Assembly (NCBI RefSeq): GCF_006345805.1
Contig: NC_043001.1
Coordinates: 118,358,001-118,422,000, forward strand
Direction: 5' to 3'
DNA from: Octopus sinensis
Lineage: Eukaryota
Length of the DNA: 64,000 nucleotides
Shown: piece by piece, positions 13,483 to 26,258 of the stretch
Numbering within the stretch: position 1 is the stretch's first letter
Layout: each line of letters opens with the position of its first letter
Made by a program: the position numbers and the translations under genes
Notes under the pieces: generated by a model
Database searches by the model: none
What the model was told of the DNA's origin: nothing
What the model saw: the letters and a program-made list of their open reading frames with translations, nothing else

Positions 13483-13620
13483 TTATCTATCTATCTAAAG
13501 ATGAGAATGTGTGTGTATGTCTGTCTGTATGCGTGAATCCCTAAAACTCGAGAACTACACAATTGATTTTATTCAAATTTTACACATGCCTTACTTAACC
13601 GAATGCCAGCCCAGAGCAGT
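12887..13620. mobile_element. Helitron-like fragments (3' end on - strand at 12887; 5'-like start near 13490) around a (TATC)n/(TGTC)n tract
   Basis: Minus strand ends ccgt...acggggtcagCTAGT (hairpin + CTAG). tatctaaagatgagaatgtgtgtgtatgtctgtc resembles non-autonomous Helitron 5' ends. Confidence 0.5.
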
Positions 13621-14009
13621 CTCTTATCTCTTACACTATTTCAGTATTACATGTTAAAAGTGAAACAATAACATCTCTATTGTGATGTGAGATACTTTGA
13701 GTTTAATAGTTTCACTATTAATACTGAAACTATTAAAGTGAAACTATTATCTCACATATATATCTCACATGTATACATGCATACATATATACATACATAC
13801 ATGCATGCATACATATATATATATACATTTATATTATGTATATATCTATATACATCTGCACATCTGTATATATATAGATATATATGTATAGATGTATATA
13901 TATACATGTGTGTATGTGTGCAATGGAAATGGGATGGTGAAGGAGAAGTAGTGAGAGTAATAGACCTGACTGAGGGTTAGGGAGTGAGAAAAATATATGT
14001 ATGCATGTG

Positions 14010-14079
<70 letters not shown>

Positions 14080-14778
14080 ATATATACACATCTATATACT
14101 TCGTCATGGCTTAATAACCCCTACCATTTATTTTTATTGTTTTGTTCTTACTGTCCTGTTTTTGTTACCACTTTAACCCTCCACAAAATTCTAAATTTTA
14201 TTTAATTTGCTTTGCAGGAATGACTGTTTTAACAAAGTTGTGTCTTGTCCCAACGTTCGAAACACTGAGTAGATAAAACAGGGGACAACTGATGAAGTGA
14301 TTGTTCTTTATGTTGCCTGTCTCGTTTCGCTATTTGTTTCTTTCGTTGTTTGAAAAAAAGTTAATTTTCCATGTTTTGGTTTTTTATGTTCTCGTTTTGT
14401 TCATGTTTTTTGATGTCCTGTACCCATATATGCATGTATAAATACACATATATGTAGGGATGTACATATATGTATGTACATATGCATATACATATATTAT
14501 TTATATTATATTATATTTATATATATATGTATACATCTGCACATATGTATGTATATAGATGTATAAATACATGTATATATATAGATTTATATGTTTATAT
14601 ATGTATATATGTATGTATATATATATAGATGTATATGTAATGTGTACACACATGTATAATGCATACATATATTTATACATACACACACACATATATACTT
14701 ATATGTTTATACATATATACATCTACATACATATACATACATGCATACAAATATATATATATATTTTAAAAAAAAATT

Positions 14779-15255
14779 TTTTTTTTCTAGTTTCAGCTCG
14801 GAGCTGCGGCCATGCTGATGCACCGCCGTTTTGTGCTATACTGTTATTGCGACGAACCTCGTCTAATATGTGGCACTTGGTGAAGAATGGAGTTTGATAC
14901 AGCTACTCTCATTTGCACCTCTTGCCGTGAGGTAGGTCCATCTGGGACTCTTGACAGGAAGATGTCCAGTTTTGATTTACTTTTTGCAAGTTCCTCAGAC
15001 TCTTTGGGAGAATATTAAAAAGCTGTGGGCCCTTGAAACCCAGGCTGTTGCAGAAGCTGGTCCTGAAGCGTGATGGCATTGCTGGGATCTTTGGCACTAT
15101 GCAGTGTCGTCCCGTTCTAGCATTGGTGTAGCTTACAATGCCAAAATTTGGCACAATTCCTTCCAGGATCTTCCAGACATATATTACTGCATACCTCTCC
15201 CGTCTTCTCTCCAGGGAGTAGAGTCTTAGCTGTTTCAACCTTTCCCAGTAGCTGT
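14779..15255 (-). mobile_element. 5'-truncated CR1/L2-group LINE with A-rich tail
   Basis: YWERLKQLRLYSLERRRERYAVIYVWKILEGIVPN...GPQLFNILPKSLRN; tail gcatggccgcagctccgagctgaaactagaaaaaa. Confidence 0.85.
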
Positions 15256-15288
15256 ATGTATATATATGTAAATGTATGTGTACCTTTG

Positions 15289-15582
15289 GGCATAGTTTCG
15301 GTTGTAGTAGCACAGATTTCCGTCGATTTCCGTAAAAAACTTTTATTTTTTTACATAAGTAATGAGAGCGAAAGGGACTAAGAGGAAGCGATTTTACGAC
15401 GAGAAGGTTTCACTTTGAAGTCGGCCTGTGTGTGTTTGATGGGGTGTGGGAGACAGACAGTATGTTGTGTAAGTGAAGTGCTTCTGTTAGTGTGTGCGAA
15501 GAGACAGACATACATATACACATACACCGAGTACATACATACATACATACACACACACACATACATAGATACATACACACAC

Positions 15583-15617
<35 letters not shown>

Positions 15618-16306
15618 TAGATACATACACACACACACATACATGCAGACATACATATACACATACACCGAGTAAAAAATTACGATGAATCGGCCATACA
15701 TACATACATACACACACACACACATACATACCACACACACATACATGCAGACATACATATACACATACACCGAGTAAAAAATTACGATGAATCGGCCATC
15801 ATACATACATACACACACAACACATACATACCACACACACATACACACACACCACACACACATAGATACATACACCACACACATACATGCATACATACAT
15901 ATAAACATACACCGAGTAAAAAATTACGATGAATCGGCCATACATACATACATACACACACACATACTTACACACACACACATACATAGATACATGCATA
16001 CATACATATACACATACATGCATATATACATATACACATACACCGAGTAAAAAATCAGTTATCTCTCTCTTTCACACATTACTCTCTCTGTCTCTTCGCA
16101 CACACTAACAGAAGCACTTCACTTACACAACATACTGTCTGTCTCCCACACCCCATCAAACACACACAGGCCGACTTCAAAGTGAAACCTTCTCGTCGTA
16201 AAATCGCTTCCTCTTAGTCTCTTTCGCTCTCATTACTTATGTAAAAAAATAAAAGTTTTTTACGGAAATCGACGGAAATCTGTGCTACTACAACCGAAAC
16301 TTCGCC
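15289..16306. mobile_element. Non-autonomous DNA transposon with ~220 bp TIRs and internal tandem repeats (MULE- or Merlin-like)
   Basis: Near-perfect inverted arms 15289-15509 and ~16067-16306, starting GG. 8-bp TSD TACCTTTG (15281-88) / TATCTTTG (16307-14). Internal units caccgagtaaaaaattacgatgaatcggcc. Confidence 0.85.
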
Positions 16307-16370
16307 TATCTTTGTTTGTGTCTCATCACTGCTTGACAACTGGCGTTGGTTTATTTACATCTCCATAAAG

Positions 16371-16403
<33 letters not shown>

Positions 16404-16404
16404 T

Positions 16405-16437
<33 letters not shown>

Positions 16438-16684
16438 TTACACACAAATATGTAAAAACACCACTCGTTATTATATTAGGAGATATCTATCGCAGTGTCA
16501 TCATCAGATTTTATAAATCTCTTTGTATTTAGACCCACAAGGCCCTGAGCGTAGGTTAGAAAACCTGGAAGTTATTAACAAACTTTGTTAGGAATGTGGT
16601 TACTTGCAATCTGAGAACCAAACTTTCAGTGGCCTGACGAAAACTAGTACAAAATGCTTTGTGGTATCTATTTACAGCTTTTTT

Positions 16685-16830
16685 TAGGTTCTAAGTTCAA
16701 ATTCCATTAAGATTAACTTTGCTTTTCGTCCTCCTAGGCTCAATAAAATCATTCTAGTACTGAGGTCGATATTACACAACTTTCCTCTCGCCACTAAATG
16801 TGTGGTCTTGTGCCAATGTTACAAATCAAT
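16685..16830 (+). mobile_element. Degenerate SINE (second family)
   Basis: Homologous to the gagttcaaattccgccgaggtcgactttgcctttcatcc core at 30655. Confidence 0.6.
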
Positions 16831-18343
16831 AAAACCAACTTACAGACCTCCCTACACTTCTTTCTTATTTCAATTATTTCTTTTAACATTCAAAAGACTC
16901 CCAGAATAGCGATGTAAACCATTAAAATGATCAGAAGATAAAGGTAAAACAACACGAAGCAAAAAAGTAAAAACAGGGCAATTTGTCGTGGTAGAAAGCT
17001 AATTTTTTACATATAATCGAATCAATCATTTCTGATTTATTACTCATCATTACTTGTACATACAATATCGACTCAATTGCGGGTCGAACTAAGAACAGAA
17101 AGAGACAGATCTGAAAACAGGAATATATTTAATCCGATGCTTTAATATTTCGATCAATTCCATCACTTTAGATGAGGCTGTAGTTATGATTACTCCCAGT
17201 TTTTATTAATTCAATTAAATAATTAATCAGAATTACGTTTATTCCAAATTAGCCTACATCTATGAACCAAAAGCTATTTTGCGAGGAATATTGATTAAAT
17301 TTAAAAAGCATTCTTAAAAGAGATATTTAAAATATCACATAGCCCACAAAATATGCGATTTTACACACAAAATTGTATGAACGAAGGACTCTAGTAAAAC
17401 CTCTAAACAGTATGCTCATGTTTAAAAAAAAAACACTAGTCGTTAAATGGAAAAGTTTTAATATCTTTGCTATTCTACAAAATCGCAAACTTGAATTTCG
17501 AAATGAACATTAATCTTCAATCATTTGTATTAATAACAAATTCTTGTATGGTTAGAAACTTTCTCACAAAAGTCTAAATGGTTCAGAAAACTAAGCTGTT
17601 TAGCTCTCATCAAACAACAGCTACAAAACTCTTATTTGAATTTAATGACCAGAGAAGGATATTTCTTCAAGAGAAAAGTAATAAAAAAAAAAGAAAAAGA
17701 AAAATGTCCAGTGAAATGCAGGTTTGATTGCTTCAAATGTATGCTTTGCAAACTGGCAAACGAAAAACAGTTTTTATCCTGCGCATCATACAGGTCAATC
17801 CCGATCAAGTAGATTCGTGATTAACGATGTGTCACTCTTGGGTTGTACAGTCGTTTAGATGTTATGTAATTGGAACTAAATTATCTAATATGCCCTTTCT
17901 TTTTAAGGTGTGATTTGATGGAAAATTGACTGCAATTTCTAGCATATCAAATGACCACATAGGGGCCCCTTCATTGTAGTTACCAAGGTAAAAATAAATA
18001 AATAACCGAATATCCAGTCTTTGGTGGCGCATCAGTACGACTAAGTCAAGAAAATGCTACGAATCATCTCAAAAACAGAAAACTTCTTGATGTGAATGAT
18101 ATTTGTGTATTTTGAATGCATGGCTGTACGTATTTATGTAACACGATTTTATAATTATGGTTAAATCAAAAGAAAAATAAAAGATAACAATGAAAACAAC
18201 CGAATATTTGGGAACTCGATTTTATTTTACAGATAAGAAACAATAACAGAAAGTTTGTTATTGTCATAATAATTAAATGATAACGCAATGTGCTTGTGTG
18301 TGCAAGGCAAATTACATACGTAAATACATCCGTATGTACTTAC

Positions 18344-18602
18344 CTACCTACATATATATCGTGACAAAGGACCTTTCAAGTGAGGAACGGTAAAATTTAA
18401 CAGTAGTTAAACAGAGCTGAAGAGTATAGCTTGGACTCCTTTTAAGAATAGGTCTGAAAACACTACACTTAGTCTCAGCAATGTAAAACAATCCCATGGA
18501 TGAAAAAAAAAAAACAGTAAAAGCAAAATAAAAAAAAGGCTGGTTCTTAAGACCATCGGTATTATATTCCTTAAATTGGTCCTTTAAGTCATTGTCCCGC
18601 AT
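18344..18602 (-). other. Candidate exon of an unidentified minus-strand gene (84-aa ORF with hydrophobic stretch)
   Basis: Non-repetitive ORF containing PFFYFAFTVFFFSSMGLFYIA. Strong donor AG|GTAAGT at 18344/18343; second donor AAG|GTAAGT at 18908/18907. Confidence 0.3.
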
Positions 18603-18995
18603 GTCAGCATTTAGTGGTTACTCTCCATCCAATCTTTTGTATATGTGATTGTAGAATAAAGAAGGGGTAAAGGTGAGGTGGAGTGAGGGGAAAAAGAGAG
18701 TTGTGAAGGGTCTTTTAAATAAATTTGTGAGGGTATATTTATATATATATATATATATGTATGGATGTGTGTAAGCGCTGGGTATGTAGGAAATTCCCTT
18801 TATGGTGAGAGGATTTCCAATGAGGCAAGAGCTAGCCGGTTTTCTTTTACGGCACCCTGTGAAACTCGTGAACCGGATGCAGTATTTTCAGATGTCTTGT
18901 AACTTACCTTTGAAACTTGGAAGGCTCTTTAGCACGAAACTGCTTTTTCTCAGACTTGTTATATAACTACACGCGCGCACACACACACATACATA

Positions 18996-21258
18996 CAGAG
19001 GAAGATTGTACCGAAAGTAATGCAAAATCGAGTATAACTTTATTCTTAACTGATCGAGGTCTGTAGTGAACAGCTAAAGAACACCTAAGCTAAGATTCGA
19101 AAATGAATCCACATTTTTCCTCTTGTCAAACAAGTTCTCGGTCCATTGTCTTAGCCTATCTGCACTAGGAGATTAATGTGAATAGATTGACGTCCTAGAC
19201 CTTTTCCGAGGCATTCACGGTTCAAACCTGATATTGTGAAGAATCCTATCGTATTTATAATTTGGCTGTGATTATAAATACACAGCCAAATATCAGTCGA
19301 TTTCTTTCAGTTATCCAGCGTCTGGCTGGGGAGCAAGTTTTCTCTTTCTCTTTGTGATCGAACCATCTCCAGTCGAAGAGCATGTCTGTCTTCCACACTT
19401 CATATATGTCCTGTCATGAGCGCGAGAGCACAACTGTTACCCTATCTGCATACATTCCTTTTGCTCTGTCTTTTTTGCTAGCTACCACAGAGATGAAACT
19501 ACTAACCATCATATACAATGGACTGGAGATCTACAAACAAACTGTGCACTCATAAACAACTCGACGAAGTTGTATATCTTTATATTTAAAAGTGAGGTTG
19601 TGTGGTGTCTGTCTCCTACGATTTAGATTCCTAACTACTCCCACATTTTACGGTGCAGTTTAACCAAAACCGGGTATCTTATAGTCGTGATTCATATCGA
19701 GCCCTTCTGGGTATTAGCGCGCGTCTACGATGAGTCTACGATTTAAAAAAAAATTTACCATCATTTTTTCCCCATTTTTAATGCATTTTTGGCATATATA
19801 AGGGAAGTAACTCTCTAAAAATTTATTAAATCTCAGAACGTAAAAAGCTACAGTACCCCCCCCCTTTGTTGTTAGCCATATTGAGATGGCTATTATACTT
19901 TACATCTCTAAAAATGCTTATATAGTTATTTCCCTTACAAACCCGAGCAACGCCGGGCGATACTGCTAGTATTTTATGTATTGTAATGACTAATATTATA
20001 ATTAACTTAACAAATGGCCATCTTGATAATTAATTAATATTGATCTTCGTTCATTTCACCAATGCTTCTTCACATCTAATTCCGTCGTTAGATTTGGTGA
20101 CTCTCCACTAAAGAATCGTATGCCTTCGATGCATTTTGTGACTCCGTTGTTACAAGTTGTTTAAATTGCTCATATTGGCAGAGTAACTCTTCATGTTCTT
20201 CATTGCAGACACATAATAATGGATTCCCAGCAGAAGCACATTCTGTCATAGAGTTCTTGACGAAGAGGGCATGCATGTGTCGCGAGGGTGGCTTGTTACT
20301 CGAATTGAGCTGGTCAACGAAGATATATTGTGCTGGCTGCATGAATAGCTGAAGCAAGCCTGTAAACATTTAAATGAAATATTTATTGCCGGACACAAAG
20401 ATATTGGTGTTGGTTTTTTGCAATGAACAACATAAATGTTTGCTGACAGGGAGAGGGACAAACTGGTATGAAATTTTAGAAAGCTATCAGTGTGATAACA
20501 TGCGGTTGGTCCCAGAATATACGAAGTTAACGGCGCAATTCTCCGTGACGACAGAGGTCCTTGGTGGTCAGCCTTTGACCGTCTGCTGTTTAGGCTGCGC
20601 GCCAAACGGTTTTAATAGGAGACCAGAAATCAAATTAACGTTTGAGAAAAACCAGGTCACGCCACATTCTCATGCTGATTGGTCAATTAATAGACCGATT
20701 ACGTGAAACTATGGTGGTTTGCTCGTGGTGTTTGGCTGATTATGCAGCAGTTGAGTTTCCTTGATTTTCTGGAACTTGGTTGTACGTGAATAATGAGCAG
20801 TACGTTAAGACTCGACACGTTTTGAGAAGCCGTTAGAAGGAAGGCACCGAACAAAAATCACCAATTCAAGAACACCGGTTCACATTCATCATGACAATGC
20901 ACACCCACACATACCTTTGAAAACAAGCTAGATGGTTAACAAACTGGGTTGGTCAGTGGTTCCCCTTTCGCTGTACAACTCTGGTTATTTTCGACTTTCA
21001 GCTGTTCGATCCAAATGAAAGACAGTCCATGATAACAACAATTTGATGACTGATGAGGTGAATTGGCTGCAAGGAAGTGGCTAAAACAGTACACGTTGGA
21101 ATCTTTTCAAAGAGGATTCGAAAGTTGAGTTATTTAACCGCTTATATTGTGAAATACTTTTGTATAGTAGGAGAGTTACATTCCCAACAAGTGTAATTTA
21201 AACTTGTATCAATTAATAAGTTATGCATACTTTTACGTTACTTTCGGTTCAACCTCCG
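18996..21258 (+). mobile_element. Old mariner with nested insertions
   Basis: Imperfect TIRs (ta)cagaggaagattgtaccgaaagtaatgc / acgttactttcggttcaacctccg(ta). Remnant frames SVIEFLTK (~20245) and HHDNAHPH...LGWSVVP (~20885-20960). Confidence 0.65.
19577..19969 (+). mobile_element. Non-autonomous Helitron (393 bp)
   Basis: A|TC start; 3' hairpin cccgagcaacgccggg followed by CTAG|T. No TSD. Confidence 0.85.
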
Positions 21259-21447
21259 TATATGGTTTTAACGAGGGTTGGGGAAGTACTCAGAATCTGA
21301 AAAACCAGCCAGACGTCGAGTGCAGAAATTCTAGAGTAAAAGATTATTGGATAAATCCAAATAATTCACATACACACACACATGCATGCACGCGCGCGCG
21401 CGCGCGCACACACACACACACACACAACCGCATGGCTGTATATAGGC

Positions 21448-21597
21448 CACTAGCGTAGCGAGGGGAGCGGTAGAGCCAGCACTTTTAAAGGAGCACCACC
21501 TTTGGCTCTGCTGTAGGCAATATGTGTTTTTTGTGGGTTCCAGGGGCGGCAAACAGAAGGGTCGCCCCGAGCGGCATATACTCTAGCTACGCTCGTG
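21448..21597. mobile_element. hAT-type MITE (150 bp)
   Basis: TIRs cactagcgtagc / gctacgctcgtg; 8-bp TSD ATATAGGC / ATATAGTC. Confidence 0.8.
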
Positions 21598-21609
21598 ATA
21601 TAGTCGCAG

Positions 21610-21775
21610 ATGTGATTGTGCAGTAAGAAGTTTACTTCTCAACGACATGATTCCGGGTTCAGTCCCATTGCGTGGAATCACAGGCAAGAGTCTTCTACTA
21701 TAGCTTGGGCCCACAAAGCTTTGTGAGTGGATCTGGTAGACGGAAGCCGAAAGAAGTCAGTTCGTGTATATATGG
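21610..21775 (+). mobile_element. tRNA-derived SINE
   Basis: B-box-like gggttcagtccc; 3' body gtgagtggatctggtagacggaag. Confidence 0.85.
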
Positions 21776-21829
21776 ATTTCCTTTGGTATTTTGTCCTGTA
21801 CTTATCTCTGTGTTTACGTATTTTTACGT

Positions 21830-23080
21830 GTCACCAGCATGGATGGCATTTGTGTGACGCTAGTATCTGCTGCGACCACAATTTCACTTGGCTTGATGGG
21901 TCTTTTTCTCAAGCATGGCATAATTCCAAAGGTCTCGGTCGTTTGTCCTTGCCCCCGTGAGGCCCAACACTCGAAAGATGTCTTTTACATGCCACCGGCA
22001 TCGGTCACCTTGTCTCCGTGAGGGTCAATGCTCGAAAGGTGCCAGTTACGTGATCCCAGTATCGGCCACGGCTACGATTTCACTTGACTTGACGGATCTT
22101 CTCAAGTACGGCATATAGATCTCTAGTCATTGCCTTTGTGAGGCCCACAGTTCGAAGGTCATGCTTCACCACTTCGTCTCATATCTTCCTGGGTCTACTT
22201 CTATCACAGGTTCACTCCACAGTTAGAGATCGGTATGTCCTCGTCCATACGCAACACATGACCATACCAGCGCAGTCGTCTCTCTTGCATACTACATCTG
22301 ATACCTTTTACGCCCAACTTTTCTCTCAAGATGCTAACACTCTGTCATACATGCACACTAACATTGCACATTCAGCGAAGCATACTAGCTTCATTTCTTT
22401 CAAGCCTACGCATGTCCTCGGTGGTCACAGCCCATGTTTTACTGACATGTAGCATAACTGTTCGCAAACAGGCATCATACAGTCTGCCTTTCACTCTGAG
22501 GGAGAGGTCCTTTGTTGCCAGTAGAGGTAGAAACTCTTTGAACTTTTCCCAGCCTATTCTTATTCTCACAGCTACGTTCTCAGAGCATCCACCTCCGCTA
22601 CTAACTTGGTCGCCGAGATAACAGAAGCTATCTACTACCTCTAGCTTACCCCAGTGGCAGTTGATGGAGTCTATTTTGCGCACATTTTTAGTGTTTATTG
22701 TACCTGTGCACCTTCCACACACAAAAACTATACTCCCAGTTAAACTTCCTCTGATATTGCTGCACCGCTTATGTGTCCATAGCTTGCGCCAGGTAGATCG
22801 TATGGCGTTTCAACCAAACGCCTTTTCTATAGATCGAGCAGAGCCATATATCTGAAAGAATTTGTGATTTGTCTGCTCACCTACTTACTAAGACTTTGAT
22901 TTTTGCTAGATTAACTCTAAGGCCATTTGAATTTAGACCTTGCCTCCACGCCTGAAATTTCTTCTCTAGTTTAAGTAGTGATTCGGCTATAAGAACAAGG
23001 CATAGAGGAGCTTCCAGGAGCAGCCCGTCTTAAATTCCTCTGTTATTGCTTGGAGGACGATGATGAACAAGAGGGGGCAC
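21830..23080 (-). mobile_element. RTE LINE fragment (RT remnant to 3'UTR)
   Basis: KLEVVDSFCYLGDQVSSGGGC...LRVKGRLYDAC...RRLERNEASMLR; PLLFIIVLQAITEEF near 23030-23080. Confidence 0.9.
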
Positions 23081-23250
23081 GTGTGTGTGGGTGTGTTTGC
23101 GTGTCCTTATGTTTGTGTTTGTCCTCACAACTACGGTTCTGTAAAAGTAACTCATAGAATAAGTACCAGGCTTAAAAAATAAGTACTGGGGTCGATTTAT
23201 TCGACTAAACTCTTCAAGGCGGTGATCCAGCATGGCTTCAGTTCAATAAT
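23080..23250 (+). mobile_element. SINE 3' half ending in a CR1/L2-like tail
   Basis: aataagtactggggtcgattt core; tail ggcggtgatccagcatggc. Confidence 0.7.
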
Positions 23251-23289
23251 AATCAAGTTAAAAACGTATATATATATATATATGTTGAT

Positions 23290-23515
23290 TCGCTAGCTTT
23301 TGCACGCATATTTTTTTTCTCTCCTTCTTTCTGTGTTTTTTTTCTCTGTGTATTTTTCTGTTGAAGAGCGTAGGCTCGAAACGTTAAAGACTTGTTTCAT
23401 TTATATTTCCTGAGCGCCATACTAATACAATTGTTTGTTTGTATTCCACCTGCCTTCGTCTTTTGTTTATTTCCGTAAACCTGCCTTCGTCTTTTGTCTA
23501 TTTTCATAAAGCTTA
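23290..23515 (+). mobile_element. Penelope-like terminal fragment with hammerhead-like motif
   Basis: ctgttgaagagcgtaggctcgaaacgtt; homologous copy at 32505-32670; abuts a (TA)n array. Confidence 0.5.
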
Positions 23516-23517
23516 CC

Positions 23518-23817
<300 letters not shown>

Positions 23818-24064
23818 ATTGTGCTTGGGGAGAGTCATTCTCTTTTAGTGCCTTATTACTTAACACACTCACCGGTTCGATTTCCACTCATTTACTTATT
23901 TATTTTTTCTAATGTTTTCGTTGCGTCTTGCAACTTTTTCAATAGTCGTTGACTCTGTCTGTCTGTCTCTGTATATATATATTTACACACACACACACAC
24001 ATATATATATACACTCGCACACACATGTATGTATATGTTGTACGTACATATAATATAGACCGTG

Positions 24065-25625
24065 TATCACAGGACTTCAGAGATGCCTCAATTCAACAGC
24101 TTTATTAGAATAAAGGAAACAGAAGTGTCTGTGATAACCATCGTGGGATATCGCTTCTGTCTATTGCTGGTAAAATTCTTGCTCGACTCTTTCTTAACAG
24201 GATCACCAAACACCTTGCAAATGATATCTATTCAGAATCCCAGTGCGGATTTCGTTCAGGCTGTGGCACTAACGACATGATCTTTTCCCTTCGACAGGTC
24301 ATGGAGAAGATACGTGAGAAAAATTAAGAGTTGTTCTTGATATTCGTTAACTTTACTTAGACCTTGGGCACTTAACGGGTAAGCACTATGAAAAGTTATG
24401 AAAAAGCTTGGTATATCTGACAAGATGATGAAGGTATGAAGGCTGCTGTCGTGTCCGGTGGGGAATTTTCGGCTTCCTTTGACGTTACAAATGGCACAAA
24501 GCAAGGTTGTGTTATGGCTCCTGTTTTGTTTGCACGCTTCTTTTCAGTGGTGCTGAGGTATGCTTTTGGCGACATACAAAGTGGTGTCAAATTCCAGTTT
24601 CGAACAAGTGGTGGACTATTCAATCATCAGCATTTCAAAGCCAGAACACTGCTACGCACCAGTATCATTCGTGATCTACTTTTTGCAGATGCTGCTTCAC
24701 TAGTTGCGGCCTCTTTAGAGGAAGCTCAAGAACTTCTAGACTGGTTTTCTGCTGCATGTAAAGCGTTTGATTTGACCATCAGCATAAAGAAGACGGAATA
24801 ATTCACCAACGTGGCCCTACTCCTAAAAAAATGCTAGGTGTCAAGCAGAGGCCACCGGTTCACAATTTTCCTGACACTCCTATACATGCTGTTGGAAAAA
24901 ACCTAAATTATGTAAAGTAATTTACACATCTTGGTAGTAAAGTGAATTAGAGCGCTTCCCTTAATGATGAAATCGTTAATCGTCTTGCGAAGGCAACCAA
25001 CACATTTGGCAAACTCCGTCATCGCCTCTGAAATGAAAGGGGCATCAGACTTGACACCAAAGTACAGGTCTATAAAGTAGCTGTTCTTACTACTCTCTTG
25101 TATGGCTCATAATCGTGGATACCCTATAGACGACACATTAACCAACTAGACATCTTTCACAAAGGCTGTCTGAGGACAATCTGCGGTTATTCACTAAAAG
25201 TCAGAGTTTCTAATGACGACCTGTTTAGCAAGTGTAAGACTGGTGGAATCGTGATCTTCCTTTTGCAGTCACAGTTGCGCTGGGCCGGTCATGTCAGAAT
25301 GAGTGACGAAAAAGTTGGCCACAAGAATGTTGGTCGACCATGGCTCAGCTATAAGGACAAGCTGAAGGATAACCTCTTAGTGGTGAAGATAGCTTACAAC
25401 ACCTTTGAGCGAACAAAAGGGAGAACGGTGTGTCAAAATGGTATTAGAAACTTTGTTGCAACCAGCATTAACAGGCTTCGGGGTGCAAGGCAAAGGAGAA
25501 AAGCGGTTGCAAATATACCACCTGCGCTAACCTGTAATCCTCATATTTGCAGGATCTGTGGGCTTTTGTTGCAAATCGTTAGTGGGACTAAAATGTCTCA
25601 TTATAGACATAAGCATTATGACTGA
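24065..25625 (+). mobile_element. BovB-like RTE LINE remnant (RT domain to C-terminal Cys motif)
   Basis: GKILARLFLNRI, SESQCGFRSGCGTNDMIFSLRQVMEKIRE, TNGTKQGCVMAPVLF, IRDLLFAD, LTISIKKTE, QLRWAGHV, HICRICG. Several stops and frameshifts. Confidence 0.9.
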
Positions 25626-25634
25626 CAAAGACTG

Positions 25635-25684
<50 letters not shown>

Positions 25685-25685
25685 T

Positions 25686-25850
25686 ACGACGGGCTTCTTT
25701 CAGTTTCCGTCTACCAAATCCACTCACAAGGCTTGGTCGGCCGAGGCTATAGTAGAAGACACTTCTACTGAGTGGCCCAAGTTGCCACTCAGTGGGACTG
25801 AACCCGGAACCATGTGGTTGGTAAGCAAGCTACTTACCACACAGCCACTC
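25686..25850 (-). mobile_element. Young tRNA-derived SINE
   Basis: Minus strand gtggtaagtagcttgcttaccaaccacatggttccgggttcagtccc...gacggaaactgaaagaagcccgtcg. Confidence 0.92.
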
Positions 25851-25861
25851 ATATATATATA

Positions 25862-25956
<95 letters not shown>

Positions 25957-26008
25957 ATATATATATATTATATATATATATATATTATATATATATATAT
26001 ATATACAC

Positions 26009-26067
<59 letters not shown>

Positions 26068-26258
26068 ACATGTATATATGTATATATGTATATATATATA
26101 TACATGTATATATGTATATATGTATATATATATATACATGTATATATGTTATATGTATATATATATATATAACATGTATATATAAATAATAAATATGTAT
26201 ATATAAATAAATAAATATATATATATATACTATGTACATACAACATATACATATATGC

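Noticed and set aside
14230-14420. Repeat containing CTGATGAAG and cgaaac
   Set aside because: Motif order and stems do not fit any hammerhead topology.
20088-20706. ORFs 20088-20369 (-) and 20374-20706 (+)
   Set aside because: They overlap the decayed mariner and are not credible host genes.
23909-23945. Minus-strand GUUGC/GCAAC stem plus GAAA, hammerhead-like
   Set aside because: Core is CUAUUGA with extra As and there is no stem I.
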